The position numbers and the translations under genes are program-made. From NCBI RefSeq assembly GCF_964204645.1, contig NC_134032.1, positions 1,856,416 to 1,920,415 of the forward strand: a stretch of DNA of 64,000 bases. The letters run 5' to 3'. This DNA is from Tubulanus polymorphus (lineage: Eukaryota > Animalia > Nemertea). Position 1 is the first letter of the stretch, and every line of letters begins with the position of its first letter. Below the pieces are notes generated by a model. That model was not told the DNA's origin, did not search any database, and worked only from the letters and a program-made list of their open reading frames with translations. Positions 42,156 to 55,384 of the stretch are shown one piece after another.

Positions 42156-42415
42156 TCTGAAAAAATAGATAATCTTTATCAAAGATGGATTGAAATATTC
42201 ACTTAATCGCGTGAAACCATTTTGTGATGATTGTAATCAATCTTGTGCACTCCTCTTTGTAAATTCATTTTTGTTGAGCAATAAATTGAATTGGATTGAA
42301 TTGATGTCGTTATATCCCAATTCTCCGCTCGAAATTTTCGCCGATTTCGTTAAACAACTTTTTCCACAATCTTTCGCTACGAAAACTTATGCGCGTTTAT
42401 TAAAACGGTCTTTTT
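42156..42415 (+). repeat. ~260-bp dispersed repeat, copy 2
   Basis: Highly similar to 38731-38990. Confidence 0.9.
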
Positions 42416-42634
42416 TCTTGTCCAATGCGTCAAAATGATTTATTCATGATAAATTTTCCTAGTTTCATTTCGAATTTCGTTCGACTAAGAAATCATTCAA
42501 ATCGTTCGCGAAACTCGTAGGAACCGAGAAATAACGAATGCGAGAAATTCAATTAATTCTTTAAAAAGAAAACAAGAATTCAATTTGCATCGATGTTCAC
42601 AGTCTACCGTTCTATTTCGATTCGAACTTAGCTT

Positions 42635-42786
42635 AAAAATTGATACCACTTTCTCATTTCTTCTGAGCTTAAAAGTTGATCCGGTCGCGGCCGCCTATCT
42701 ACCCTGTACATGACTTTCTTTTCTAAATCGTGATCAAGCCAAGAATAACAGACCCGTCCCGCAGCGATAGAAATGAACTGATTACA
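42635..42786 (+). repeat. ~150-bp dispersed repeat
   Basis: AATTGATACC...AAAAGTTGATCCGG...CCGCCTATCTACC...TAGAAATGAACTGATTAC recurs at ~44003-44142, with a weaker copy at ~33575. Confidence 0.75.
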
Positions 42787-44473
42787 AAATGTCATTGAAG
42801 TTTACTAATTCGCTCCGAAAAGTGATCAGTCAGTCGGTACTTTTGAGGTCGGTTTACGGCAAACAGACAATTATTTTGGGATGGCCTAACTAAATCCCGA
42901 ATCACCCAGTCCTGAAAGTGGTTTTGTTTCGACAGTGATCTCCGTCACTATATACGATCCTAGCGAACCCCGACTGAGTGATACAAGCCGAAACTTTGCG
43001 AAATGACCCGGCCCCGATTAGGAGCGAAACAAGGCATCGCTTTTCTTTAGCCTTGTAAGGACAAATATTTCAGATAAGACGCAATTCGTCAAGCGGTAAC
43101 TTTTTATTCTTTTTACCTGCAAACGCAATGTTCAAACGCGGCGAATTGTGCGCAGTTCACTGCCTGACGACAAGTTTCGTACACGCAGCAAAAACAAATA
43201 TTGAATCCATACGAAAAAAAAAATCGCGTGTCGCGCGGTTTTAGAGGTAAGATACACGGCGGCGCTTTCCGACGAGTATCGGAAACCGAAGACGAACAAC
43301 GACTGAGGAAGAATAGACGAATGCGGAAAAACTTCACCAACCGCGTCGCCTGCCGTTGGAATATCATCGATTAACATCGTTTGAGACGGGATATCTTTAA
43401 GCGCGGCCGGAACTGAGTCGACGGCGAATTGGGTCCCCCCTTGAGAGTTGTAGTAGGTTTGAGTGTGCAAAGACAGATAGAGTGAGAGTGAGAGAGAGAG
43501 AGAGAGGGCTCGGCTGTTTGAGAAGTGATCTATTAATTTCACAGAGAAGCGCGCGATGCCTATCCTATTAGTTGAGTGCGTAGTTAATGATTTATCATCA
43601 GCTCGCTAGTTCGCCTCATATATCTCAATTAATATTCGAGTATTCGGGTGTTAGCTGATGATAACGACTCGCGCGAAATTAGGTTCGAGTATAATTATCT
43701 AAAACGCGACCGATTCGCGGTGCGGCGTCAAAACTCGGTCTGTACTGGCTATAGAAAACCCTGCCCTATAGACAAAAGTTTCGTGATTCTGGGCATATCT
43801 TCACCAAGAACCTTAATCGTGCCCGATGTACCACAGATTACGCTAGGATCGTAGAGCGACGGAGATCTATGTGGCGACAACCGCTGACAGGGCTGGGTGA
43901 TACTGATGACTCAAAATGAAATATCAGTCATCCCAGCGAGATGGGCCCAGTTCCGAGGTGGTGTCAGTTCGGTCTAGTGAATATATATAGTTTCGGTTAA
44001 AAGAATTGATACCTTGTTTCTGAATTCTGCTAAGTTTTAAAGTTGACCCGGCCGCCTATCTACCATGTATACATTACTTTTCTTAAATCATGCTCAAGGT
44101 AACAATAACAGACGCGGCACTTATAGAAATGAACTGATTACCAATTCTTACTATTGCATTTTACAAAAAGTTGCCCGGCCGATTAGAAGAAACAAGATGT
44201 TATTTTATTTTCGCCTCATTTTCCTCCGAACTCTAGAATTATTATATGATTAACCAATGACCGCAGGATCCAATTTCTTCGTGGTGTAGAATTGATTACG
44301 TAGCCTCATAACTGCAGCTGATCTCCGAACTGGGAACATAATCTAACCGACATTAATTGATGTTTGATTAATTAATGATTAATTAATTACATTATCCGTT
44401 AAGATTGCACGCAATATCGGACAATTTCATTTCTTAACCACAAACAGTTTATACAATGGGGGATTTACTACTG

Positions 44474-44590
44474 GGCCTAGTTTCACGAAAAAGTTCAAAC
44501 CTAAGACGGTTAAGTTTGAATAGTTGTCCTCGTTAAAGACCGGCATTTACACCAAATATTTGAGTCTAACTTTTTTTGTGAAACTGGGCC
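44474..44590. mobile_element. PIF/Harbinger-like MITE E1
   Basis: CTG|GGCCTAGTTTCACGAAAAAG...TTTTTGTGAAACTGGGCC|CTG. Confidence 0.8.
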
Positions 44591-44675
44591 CTGTGTTGTG
44601 ACAGAAATCCAAAATTCTTTATGGATTTTTGGTTGTGATGATATCACTTCCACCGCGAAAGATGAGTCTTTTCAG

Positions 44676-44823
44676 GGCCCGGTTTCACAAAAAAAGATTA
44701 AATCTTAAATCGATTTAAAAATGAGTTAAATTTAACCCATCGCCGGAGGATGATTTGATATCCTTAAATCGATTTAAGAATTAAAATCGATTTTAGATTT
44801 AAAGTTTTTTGTGAAACCGGGCC
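44676..44823. mobile_element. PIF/Harbinger-like MITE E2
   Basis: CAG|GGCCCGGTTTCACAAAAA...TTTTTGTGAAACCGGGCC|CAG. Confidence 0.85.
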
Positions 44824-47800
44824 CAGGGCTTTGTCCTGAACTGTCTGTTTGATATAGCGCGCGCGTGCATTACAAAACCAGTTCGAATAGCGGTTTTGAA
44901 ACATAAGTTTAGATTGAATGCTGCTTAGCTCAGCGCTATTTTTTATTCCTCTAATGTCGCATTGTAGCTTATTGCGAACTGAATTCTATGATGAAATAAT
45001 TCTTTCATGATGCTACAAATTTTCTTTTACCGAAGCGCGGCCGTCTAACAACGTTCGGAAAAATGACGTCACTTATTGAAGTCTAGACCTGCGGGGTTTT
45101 GAATTGATAATTACGCCGACGTTCAAACTAGTAAACCGACAACATAATGTCACCGATACCGAGGATTCTAGAATAGATTGAATTCGTGATTTTCAGATTT
45201 TAAATTTGATTCGTCGATTGTACGTTTCATACGGCACGCACGCTCCTTCGCAAATCCTACTACGTTTTATCGATGGTGCCAAATTAAGCCACCGGTCCTG
45301 ACGAGAGGCGTCCGTCGCCGAGATTTTATATAGATTAACGTATTATATCGATGATCGAAACTATAGATATTCAAACCACCAGTGGCGAAATATTCCGATT
45401 ATAAAATGGCGCTAGCAAATGTGAAATCGTTGATTCATCCCGTGAGCTCCCTGAGTCGACAACATGCTGAAAACTACATGCCCAGTGACAAATCGCCAAA
45501 CAGAAATCGGCCTGGGAATCAACTTTTTCTCCGGGTAGAGTTGGTTAGCTTCGTAGGTAACTTATTGCGAATTATATGAAATATGAAAATAATTCATTCC
45601 CATGAAAATAACTTTGACCTTTCTGCGCGTTTAACTCGCAAAGATGGCGCCTGAAGCCTAAACGTTCGCTTATTGGCTTCGTTGCTGGTTATCATTTCCT
45701 CTTTGTCTATAGGCTATACGTCGACTTAATGACATCCGCCGTAGCAGGACTTCATTAGTTAATGACGCCTGCCTCGCGGAGCAGTGATCCGCCCCCCTTA
45801 AATCGCTACTCAGAAATTAACCTTTCGATTTTAGTTAAATTAGCGCCATCATTCGCTATAATATCCGTTTTGAAAATCAACCGAACTTTGCCATAACGAA
45901 CGCCGAGAGTCGGGGGGAAATATTCTAGGTATGAAAAAATCAACAGAATGGAATATTAAAACGTATCCTAAAGCGATGAGTGATTGAATTTTAAATCTTA
46001 ATCAGCTGCTCGAGACTAAATCGATTGTGCCCGGTAGTGTTGTGCGTCACCGACACCTGACTCGCCGTGTTTACCAGGCACTCCTCGTTCGGGCAAAAAT
46101 CACCATCGGGTACCTGGTTTATTAACAGACGATATATGACCTGACTCCAGGACTACGGGTTGCTGAATCTATCCTAGAAGTTTTTCTTTGGTTGTCCCTT
46201 TCTTTATCTCCTTTTTCCTGTATCTCCATCCACTCTCTCCCCCCTCTCTCCCTCCCCCTCTCTCTCTCTCCCTCCCTCCCTCTCCCCCTCTTACTCTCCC
46301 CCTTCTCTCTCTCTTTCCCTCTCTCCTTCTCTCCCTTTCCTAAGCCGATAAGACAACAATAACATTAGGGAAATTGGGGAATAACATCGTCTGGAAACTA
46401 ATTACTGACAAATGCACGTTGTCACGCGAAAGTACTCTGCTTAAAGCTGATCATTTTATTGACCCAGAATGACCTACTAGATACTTCCTCCCCTCTCCCC
46501 CTTTCCCCCTCTCCCCCTCTCCCTCTCCTTAGTCCATCTTCCATTTCTCAATTCAATGCTTATCGCTCAATTTGTACAGATTTGCACAGGGCAGCAGATG
46601 AATATAAAAGACGAATGAAACCGACTATAGATATGCATAATTAAACAGTAAATGAATATCGCGATTGTGTTACAACCAAATAACGAAAAGATTTAAACCC
46701 ATCTAAAGAAGTCCGTACCTTTTCTTATAGACGTAATCTTGTCTAACCAGAAGAACCCGCGTCCAACGTTTAAAATTGTACGACATATTCTTTTATGTGA
46801 GCCCATCGTATAATTTCAAAAGACGGACGTAGGTTGAGCTGTATTCACCACCGAGACAGCAGCATACTGGCATTTTACGTTCAGCCTATCCCGCATTTGA
46901 ATACGTTTGATATCTAACATCTATCGGTAAGGGATGGCGAGAGCCAGGAAACCTGCTAAATGATATTCATTAATCACATCGGAGCTGAATTAGATACTTC
47001 ACAAAACCCCATTATTTTCTCAATATTCCATAACAGTTACTAAACGACAGTTCTTTCATCGCACAGAGCTTGTCAATTCTGAATATATCGATCTAAAGCC
47101 GGAGGAACAAACTGCGTACTATAAATTCTGGATTCATAGGTTAATGATCACGTCATAAGTTACCTAAACCACTTATTTCTAAAATTCTAGAAACATTTTG
47201 TGGGGAAATTCTTCCTCAATACCTCTCTTTTTTCCACTGTCCCCCCTCTCTCAATCTCCTCTCTCATCTCGTCTAGTAATGAAAATCACCTTCGGGCGCG
47301 TTCAGTCGACGACTCACTAAGTACCGACGCTGCGACGACGCAGTAATCGAATTTGTAGTTCTCCCGGCGGGTTCAACAGACAGACAACGATCCGTTTGAA
47401 CGCGTAACAGGTTGGTATTTTCTTTTTCTCTAATCCTCGTTTTTCTAGCTAAACTACGGTTAAAAAAGACTCTCCCTTGAGAGCGAGCTGCCTCGCCGTT
47501 TCGCGTAGTTATTGTACCGCGTTTCTGCAAACGTCGTCACGAATATTCCCCGAATCCCCGCAACATCGTCGCGTAGTTCATTTCGAAATTCAAATTCCAA
47601 CGGTAATAACGGATATTGCCCTTGTTTCTCTGACAACTCCCCGACCCGTCACAGCGCTGGAATAACGGCTATTTAGATGATTTTGAATTTTCGAATTCAA
47701 TTCTAACGGTACGTTCTAACGGAAATTACCCTTGTTTCTGAAACGAGCGCGCTGTATTGAATTCCCAGACCGAAACGACTGAATTCTGACTAATTTCGCG

Positions 47801-48015
47801 AAATTTAACGTTCAACGTTTAAGGCAGTAGATAACGGCTGGCTTCTGGATACACGTGTACATATATACGTTCCCTTGAAACTGTGCTGAGATCGTTTAAA
47901 AGACTTCGGTTTTAATAGGTTAAAATTTCGGATTGCTATCGGATTTCCAGACGCAGCTAGTTGCTTAAGCTGATTTCCGATATTTACAAACCAACCAAAA
48001 TCGATCTTTGGAAGG

Positions 48016-48212
48016 TACGGAGCCCCGGAGATGACATGCTAAAACATAAATTCTTTCTTTTCTAATAGTTTCGTTCGAACGAAAAATTAGTAGTGGGAAC
48101 GAAATCTTTTTCGTGGGAACGAAAGCTAAATCTTTTTCGTGGGAACGAAGACTTTATCGTTTCCACGAAAACAAATTCTATTTGTCGCCATGTCACCTCG
48201 TGGGGCTCCGTA
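48016..48212. mobile_element. Non-autonomous DNA transposon with TACGG...CCGTA ends and a 6-bp TSD (IS3EU-like)
   Basis: GGAAGG|TACGGAGCCCCGGAGATGACATG...CATGTCACCTCGTGGGGCTCCGTA|GGAAGG, with internal CGTGGGAACGAA repeats. Confidence 0.75.
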
Positions 48213-48460
48213 GGAAGGAGACAAGAGTGAATACGAAGACGAAGAATCCGGTTAGTCGCGCCATCTGGTGTGTTTTTTGGTATACTCATTAGAATCGACG
48301 CCACGTGTGACACGGGATGATAGCGTGTATCAGTATTAATTGAATTCGCGCGATATTTCTCGGCCCGAATTTAATCAAGCAATTAACGATAATTTCCCCA
48401 ACCATTGTAAACCGACAGACGGACGGACATACGAGCGGTTTCGTGCCAAATGTAACCCTG

Positions 48461-48598
48461 GGGCCGGTTGCATAGTCATGGCTTAGACTTAAGACCAGTC
48501 TAAGACCAACTTAGTTCTATAGCCAATCTAACAGCTTAAGACCAGTCTTAAGAATTAAGACCACTTTTGGACTTAAGTCACGGCTGTGCAACTGGCCC
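48461..48598. mobile_element. MITE family C
   Basis: CTG|GGGCCGGTTGCATAGTC...GGCTGTGCAACTGGCCC|CAG. Confidence 0.85.
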
Positions 48599-48689
48599 CA
48601 GGTATTAAACCCGGATGTGATTACCTGCTTAGAAAATGGGATGCGATTTTTTTTTGAAAACATGATAAGGCGTTATTCACCGCGAGACC

Positions 48690-48878
48690 GGGGTACCCGC
48701 AGTGCTACTGTGGCAATCGAGGGTTCCGCGTATGGCAATCGAGGATCCACCAGGTGCGCTAGTAGTAACTCACATTTCCGCGTTCGATTTCTTCTACTTC
48801 TGCTACTATTTCTTCAATTAAATATAAACGAACTTTTCTCTTAAAAGAATCAATTATTCAAGAAAACTGAACCGATGA
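48690..48878 (+). mobile_element. MITE family A, left part
   Basis: GGGGTACCCGCAGTGCTACTGTGGCAATCGAGG...CCACCAGGTGCGCTAG. Confidence 0.8.
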
Positions 48879-50193
48879 TTTAACAATTCGTTTCTATCAT
48901 TGATTATTATAAAATCTGGAGTATAAACTCTTTACGTTTTCTTTTGTGTCCTGTGTTCGAGAGAAAAAAAAATGTAAAATTTCCAAACCAATAAATTCTA
49001 ATCCGAATCGAGTAAGGTAAACGTAATACGCGATGTTTACTCGAAAAGTTTGCATTTTAGGTAATATAAAACATCTTCTGCGAGGCCAAGACCTTGACGT
49101 AAGTATATGGGTAGGCTAGTGGACTGGCCAGTCGATCAGCGTTCGATCTGGACCCCTCAATTGGGCGTCCTGGTTTAATGCCAAAAAATCATACCGAAAT
49201 ATTAACATATCTAATCCGCGTCAAGCGGCCATCTTGGATTTCGACGAACGGAAATGGGACCGGTAGACTGAACGGAAACTAGACTAATGTAGTTCGCTTA
49301 GCAAGATAACATCGTATACGATTTGACGGCAATCTTTAAACCGAATGTCTAATAACGGGGGACTTCAGGAATTGGTGGGTTCAACAGTCATTACCACTTT
49401 TTTCGCGTTTCGAAATTCGAAATATTCAAATTCTCCCTGGCCAGCGAAATCGAGCCGTAGACGAAATTAGTCCCGATTTCTCGACGTGCAGACTGTGGCA
49501 AGTGAGCGCGCGTACGAAAAGATTGTTGATTGTTTATAAACCCGATATTTGCTAAAAACGTGTTTCGAATAGACGAACTATTAGTATCAGATATGTTCGC
49601 CTGATTCGCGGCGCACACACGTCAGATCGCGTTACGGTTCTCTGAGTGACTTCTTTATTCTTACGACGGCGTATTACCATGCAATAGCGACTGGGAAGAT
49701 GGCTCCATAAATCAACTATCGCGATTCCATGCACAAATTGAAATCTACCTCATCGCTGTGAGTATCTTTTTTTCTTCATTTCTTGCCAGTCGCTTTTGTG
49801 GGATTTGCCTCAATTACTGGCAAGCAACTGCCTCGCGACGTAACTGAACTATACCCGATGAAACGAGAGAACTTAGGGTATCGCTATTTAGTCGAATACT
49901 CGTGATAGCAAAAACCGAATATCAGTTAGCTATGCGGGCCGAAGAAAGTCAGAAATAGGCAATAGAATTCGGTTCTAGTTCCAAAATTGTGAACAATTTG
50001 AAATGTGAAAGATTGTCCCATTAGTTCCGACCACTAGTCGACTGACTCGCGAGGAAAACTCAAGTTCAACCAGGCTGCCAAAAAGGACAACATCGAATCG
50101 CCATTCCGGAGCGAATAGTTGCTTCATTTAACCCGTTATGACGTCATCAATATGCGCCCTATAACTCGTTCGAAAACGGTTCCGCCTACACTG

Positions 50194-50408
50194 GGTCCAG
50201 TTTCACAGTTGTGAGTTAGAGTTAACTCCGAGTTAAAATCAGGGTCCTGTTCCAAAGTTCTGAGTTATGATTTGACTCATAGTTAACTCATAATGTGCTA
50301 ACTTTAGCTCAGAGTTAACTTTAACTCACAACTGTGGAACTGGGTCCAGTGCATTTTCATTGAGTTAACTCGGAGTCAAATCTTAACTCGGAACCGTGGA
50401 ACTGGGTC
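50194..50408 (-). mobile_element. Family B MITE with a second family B copy nested in the opposite orientation (50243-50346)
   Basis: The outer copy is flanked by CTG/CTG and the inner copy by CAG/CAG. Removing the inner copy restores a family B consensus. Confidence 0.85.
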
Positions 50409-51516
50409 CTGCTTCAAAATACCCGATTGTTTTCGAGGTCTCTGATCTCTGTGTGTCCAGATGGTCGGATCGAACGCCTACAAATTATTGATTAAATCAG
50501 TATAATTAACCCTCGCCGTGCTAATTAGTGATGTCTAATGGGGATTTATGGCTGCAACCAATTTCTAAAAAATTACAAATATATATTTGCGGGTATGTGC
50601 CAAAAGAGTACGAGTCAAATCGTATAGTTTATTTTTTCTGCGATGCACTATCGGGCATTCAGTCAGGTAAAAAGCGATGCATTTCAAAATTCCCCCTTGC
50701 ACTATCGCAACTTCCGATATAGAGAGCCGTTTGATCGTTAAAGCGGAAAGAATGACAGAAAGAAAGAAAGAAGAAAGATATCGAAAGACCGATTGAATTG
50801 ATGATTCGCTCTCGCGGATTTGCGCGGAGAATATTCAAATATCCTCCGCGGAATGTATGTGTTTTTTCTTTGAAAAGAAACCGATACATGCGGCAGCGCT
50901 CCGTGTGAATGGACACGATTTAGATTTATTCCACGCGCCGCCGCAGCATATAAAAAAAACACCCAAGCATTTCAAGTAAGAAATATCTGACTCCCGAGGT
51001 TTCTGTGAACCGATAAATCTACCCGAAATTCGAACTCATTTTCACGCGATCAGTTTTTTCCAGATTTTCAGTTTTGTTTTTCCAATACCAGTTTTTTTTC
51101 TATTTCCTCATACCGGAACTGAGCAGACGGCCGGAAATGAATAATGAACGAATTGATGAAATGCGTAAATTGATGATATTCTAGGCTATCGGAAAGTCAC
51201 GCGACCTTTCCAGCTGCGCAGATTAGCACCATAAATGATCCTGAAACATCATAGAATTTCCCCGTAGACCCATCCAGAACATGCGTATGTTTGCCTTTGC
51301 CAATCTCCGTATGACGTCATAATTTACATATAATTACGCCTAGCCTGCGGGAAAAAATGACCGCCTTCATAAAATTCGCCTGTGACATCGTCGGCGTCAG
51401 TAGATATCTAACGATGAGGATATGGCTGATTCTACATTCGGGATCGAATATAAACGTGAGAATGAGTGGTAGCCAAACTGAATGGAACGCGTAGACTTAC
51501 GTTTAGGAAATTCACT

Positions 51517-52000
51517 TACCGTCTGTCACGGCATCGGCGACGTTTTGCTTCATAAATTTGTTAATAATCTGTGTTGATCTGTGTATATTATGCATCGATT
51601 TGTTCAGTAAGGATTTTACATTCAGAAATTAACTATGGATTCACATTAACTTGTTTTTGTTTTCATCTATCAGCGATTGTTTACCAAGCATACGCTCGCA
51701 AAATGCTGAAAAACGGCTTTTGCTGACCGTAACGTGGCGCCACCTACTGTATTTTGTTATGCTAATGAGCAGGTGATGACGTCACAGCAACGTTTCCGCG
51801 AGTCCGCGGAGCAGTTGTTTTTCAGCATTACGCGAGCGTATGCCGAGTAAACTATCGCTGATGAATGAAAACAAAAACAACTTTAGTGAAAATAGTTGTT
51901 TATTTCTTAATGAAAATTCCTAAATGATCAAATATGATGCTTAATAAAGGTAGATAAACCGATTATTAACGAATCTACATAGCGAAACGTCGCATGGACA
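51517..52000. mobile_element. MITE family F, copy 2
   Basis: Collinear with 8930-9422. Confidence 0.85.
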
Positions 52001-52616
52001 GCATTGGTTGGGAGATGGTAAGAAAACCGAAGCATGCCCATCAAGCTGCAAGGACAAGCTGCGGCCGGATGGACGAAGAATGGGGGAGAAATGTGACGCG
52101 ACTTGTTAAACGATATCCGATCTACGATATCGATATGCGATATTCGACGATTTCAACTGAACGCACGTCGCGGAAAAACAGACATGGCTCATTCCTTTGA
52201 ATCGCTGTTCCTCGCGTCTGGCCGACTATCGGTAATTACTTCGCCGAGGAAAGTTGTTTTCACGCGTGAATCTAGCGCGCGTAGTTGAGCGACTGTCGTC
52301 TGTCCGAGTGTTCGTCTGACCGCGGGCGACTGGCGGAGCGAGACACCGCTAGAAAAAACACTAAAACGTGGCAGAGTGATGGATCCATCCGCCCGGAAGC
52401 AATGGCTGCACTCGACCGTGCATTGAACATGAAGCCGGTGAAATCGAGTAAAAGATTGACTTATTGCTTATCGATACTGATCAATCAATCATAGAGTTTC
52501 ACTTCTTTATATCAATCTCTGTCAGTCTCTCCGACCCCTCAAACTCTCTCTTCTCTCCCTCTTCCGACCCAACTCTTCACCACCTCTCTCTAATCCAATA
52601 GTACCCCTACCCTCTC

Positions 52617-53512
52617 AATGCTCTCGCTTTTCCCTCCCCCCACGCAATGCTCTCACTTTTCCCTCACCCCACGCAATGCTCTCACTCTCCCTCCCCCCAC
52701 GCAATGCTCTCACTCTCCCTCACCCCACGCAATGCTCTCACTCTCCCTCCCCCCACGCAATGCTCTCACTTCCCCCTCGCCACGCAATGCTCTCCCCTCT
52801 CCCCACGCAATGCTCTCTCTTTTCCCTCTCCCCACGCAATGCTCTCACTTTTCCCTCACCCCAAGCAAGTCTCACTTTCCCTCTCCCCACGCAATGCTCT
52901 CTCTTTTCCCTCTCCCCACGCAATGCTCTCTCTTTTCCCTCTCCCCACGCAATGCTCTCACTTTTCTCTCTCCCCACGCAATGCTCTCAATTTCCCTCTC
53001 CCCACGCAATGCTCTCTCTTTTCCCTCTCCCCACGAAATGCTCTCACTTTTCCCTCTCGCCACGCAATGCTCTCACTTTTCCCTCTCCCCACGCAATGCT
53101 CTCTCTTTTCCCTCTCCCCACGCAATGCTCTCTCTTTTCCCTCTCCCCACGCAATGCTCTCTCTTTTCCCTCTCCCCACGCAATGCTCTCACTTTTCCCT
53201 CTCCCCACGCAATACTCTCAATTCCCCTCTCCCCACGCAATGCTCTCCCTTCTCCCCACACAATGCTCTCTCAATTCCCCTCTCCCCACGCATTGCTCTC
53301 AATTTCCCTCTCCCCACGCAATGCTCTCCCCTCTCCCCACACAATGCTCTCTCTTTCCCTCTCCCCACGCAATGCTCTCTCTTTTCCCTCTCCCCACGCA
53401 ATGCTCTCAATTTCCCTCTCCCCACGCAATGCTCTCCCCTCTCCCCACACAATGCTCTCTCTTTTCCCTCTCCCCACGCAATGCTCTCACTTCCCTCTCC
53501 CCACGCAATGCC
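52617..53512. repeat. ~25-31-bp pyrimidine-rich minisatellite (CCCCACGCAATGCTCTCTCTTTTCCCTCT)
   Basis: About 30 units. All three forward frames are open only because the unit lacks stop codons. Confidence 0.95.
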
Positions 53513-53863
53513 TCAGTCCTACAGTTCTTCTCCCTATACTCTCAATTTCTCTCCCCTCTTCCAGGTCTGTCGCTCTCAGAGACTCTCCTTCAAATATTCC
53601 CGACCTCTTTATACCTCATATATCATTCCATTCGTAAGCGAACACTACAGACCAGAAAAAAAGAACATGTCTTGCCTTTCTCTCGGCTGGTGAAACCGAT
53701 AACTTCTTTTCTTACGGATGAAAGATTGATTTCCGCAAAATATTTCTACAAAAAAAGAGAATATGGATATTACACGAAATCTTTTATCAAATCTCCAATT
53801 ATTTTCTTGCCCTCGATACCTTCTGAATATACTCATTCACGCCCCCCCTCCACCCATCCGCCC

Positions 53864-54213
53864 CCGGCAGGGATTCGAACCTGATGGCACCAACATTGCC
53901 ACGGTACGAAACCCTGCCACACTAGACTGGAGTGCAAAGCTTACTGTGCAGCTTTAGATGATGTCATTATCAGCCAATCAGAATGCCGTTTTATTTCAGC
54001 CTGGGTTTTTTCGGGTTTATCCGTGAAATTGGCTTCATCGGTTATATATGTTCGATGAAATTGGCTTCGTCGATTTTCATCAACGGAAGCAATCCGATTG
54101 GTGCCGGCAAACTTTTCTCGCGGCAAACCTGCGCAAGTACCTGCGTAGGCGGTCTAGTGTGGGTTTAGTGGCGTAACTGAGTCTACTAGCGATGCCGTCA
54201 GGTTCGAATGCCA
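53864..54213. mobile_element. MITE family I, most complete copy
   Basis: GGCAGGGATTCGAACCTGATGGC...CCACACTAGAC on the left and GTCTAGTGTGG...GCCGTCAGGTTCGAATGCC on the right are inverted. Confidence 0.75.
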
Positions 54214-55168
54214 GTAGAGGGAGCATCCCCGCTACCCTACCCCTAGTACCCCATCGATCCACAAAAATGCGCAACCTTCAATTGCCCAGCACGTCCGTCT
54301 CATCACGGCGATACGCGGCTCTGCACAGATACAGATTTATACATGAAACCCCGGGGATAATCACAAATACAATATCTCCATGTCCAATAACACCGTTCAG
54401 CAACAGAAACTTAATTTATCGCTATATCGTGAGGGAAGCTGCCGCGGTATTCGATGACATATCGTCCCTCGCGGTCAAAGATATTATATTACTATTCGCA
54501 TCCTATCGACTAAAACCGTGTCCGATATTCATATATTTTCCCACTCGATGTGGTCGGCGTGTTTTTTTTAGCCCGATACTCGTGACTGATTTTTCAGATC
54601 TGATTTGTCCCTCCGGCAGTCATTTCTATTTCTCTTTCGTCAACGGTGGACTTCGACAGGAGCCCAAAGATATAAAAAGGGCGTATAAACTGAAATAGGG
54701 CAATTTTAGACGGTATCAACACAGACAAAACAGGGGTCTGGAAAATTTTGATGAATTCGGAAATATATTACTTATAGTTTTTAAAATATTCTAGTCTAAT
54801 CTAACAGATAATTTGCATTAGAACTAACGGCATTCTGCGGCACGACGCGTAGAGTGAGTGATACTCGTTTATCGGCTGGCGTCTACTGATTACGGGTTAC
54901 TTGTCAACAGAATTGATATTCAATTCTTTATCGGTCACTAAACGCGACGGGTAATTCGGTTAATACGCGACAAACGGTTTAATGTATGTAGTCGATGGTG
55001 TCGACGCGATGCGACGGATTGATATAGAACGAGAGGCGTTTGAAATTCTTTATCGAGTTTATTCCGGTCTGTCGCGGCTCGACGGAAGAGGAATGGGAAA
55101 GATATAGATGGATGGGATCTAGAGGGTGAAAGGGCAATATATGGGATGCAGTGGAGAGAAGATGATAG

Positions 55169-55273
55169 AGCCGCAGTGGCCGAGTGGGTTAAGCAGCCAG
55201 TCATTGGTCTCGTCAATCCATGGTTTATGGGTTCGAACCCTAGTGGCGACAGAGTTTCTAGGTCGAAGGTTCT
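55169..55273 (+). mobile_element. SINE family G, 3'-truncated
   Basis: GCAGTGGCCGAGTGGGTTAAG...GGGTTCGAACCCTAGTGGCGACAGAGTTTC. Confidence 0.75.
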
Positions 55274-55384
55274 TGGTGCCGGCAAACTTTTCTCGCGGCG
55301 GTCTAGTGTGGGTTTAGTGGCGTGGCTGAGTCTAGCGATGCCATCAGGTTCGAACCCCTAGTAACCCGTCGATTGACAACGAAA

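Noticed and set aside
38731-42438. Duplicated 63/82-aa ORFs (MKPFCDNCNQ...) as a small gene pair
   Set aside because: The copies differ by frameshifting indels and lie in a dispersed repeat, with no recognisable domain.
43892-43938. CTGATGA...GAAATATC as a hammerhead
   Set aside because: No stem II can form, and stem I is mismatched next to the core. It is better explained as a simple hairpin.
45298-45335. CTGACGA-GGCG...CGCC-GAGA as a hammerhead
   Set aside because: GAAA is replaced by GAGA, and there is no stem I or stem III pairing.
52618-53884. Three overlapping ORFs of 339-402 aa
   Set aside because: A stop-free minisatellite with variable unit length; no frame is preserved.
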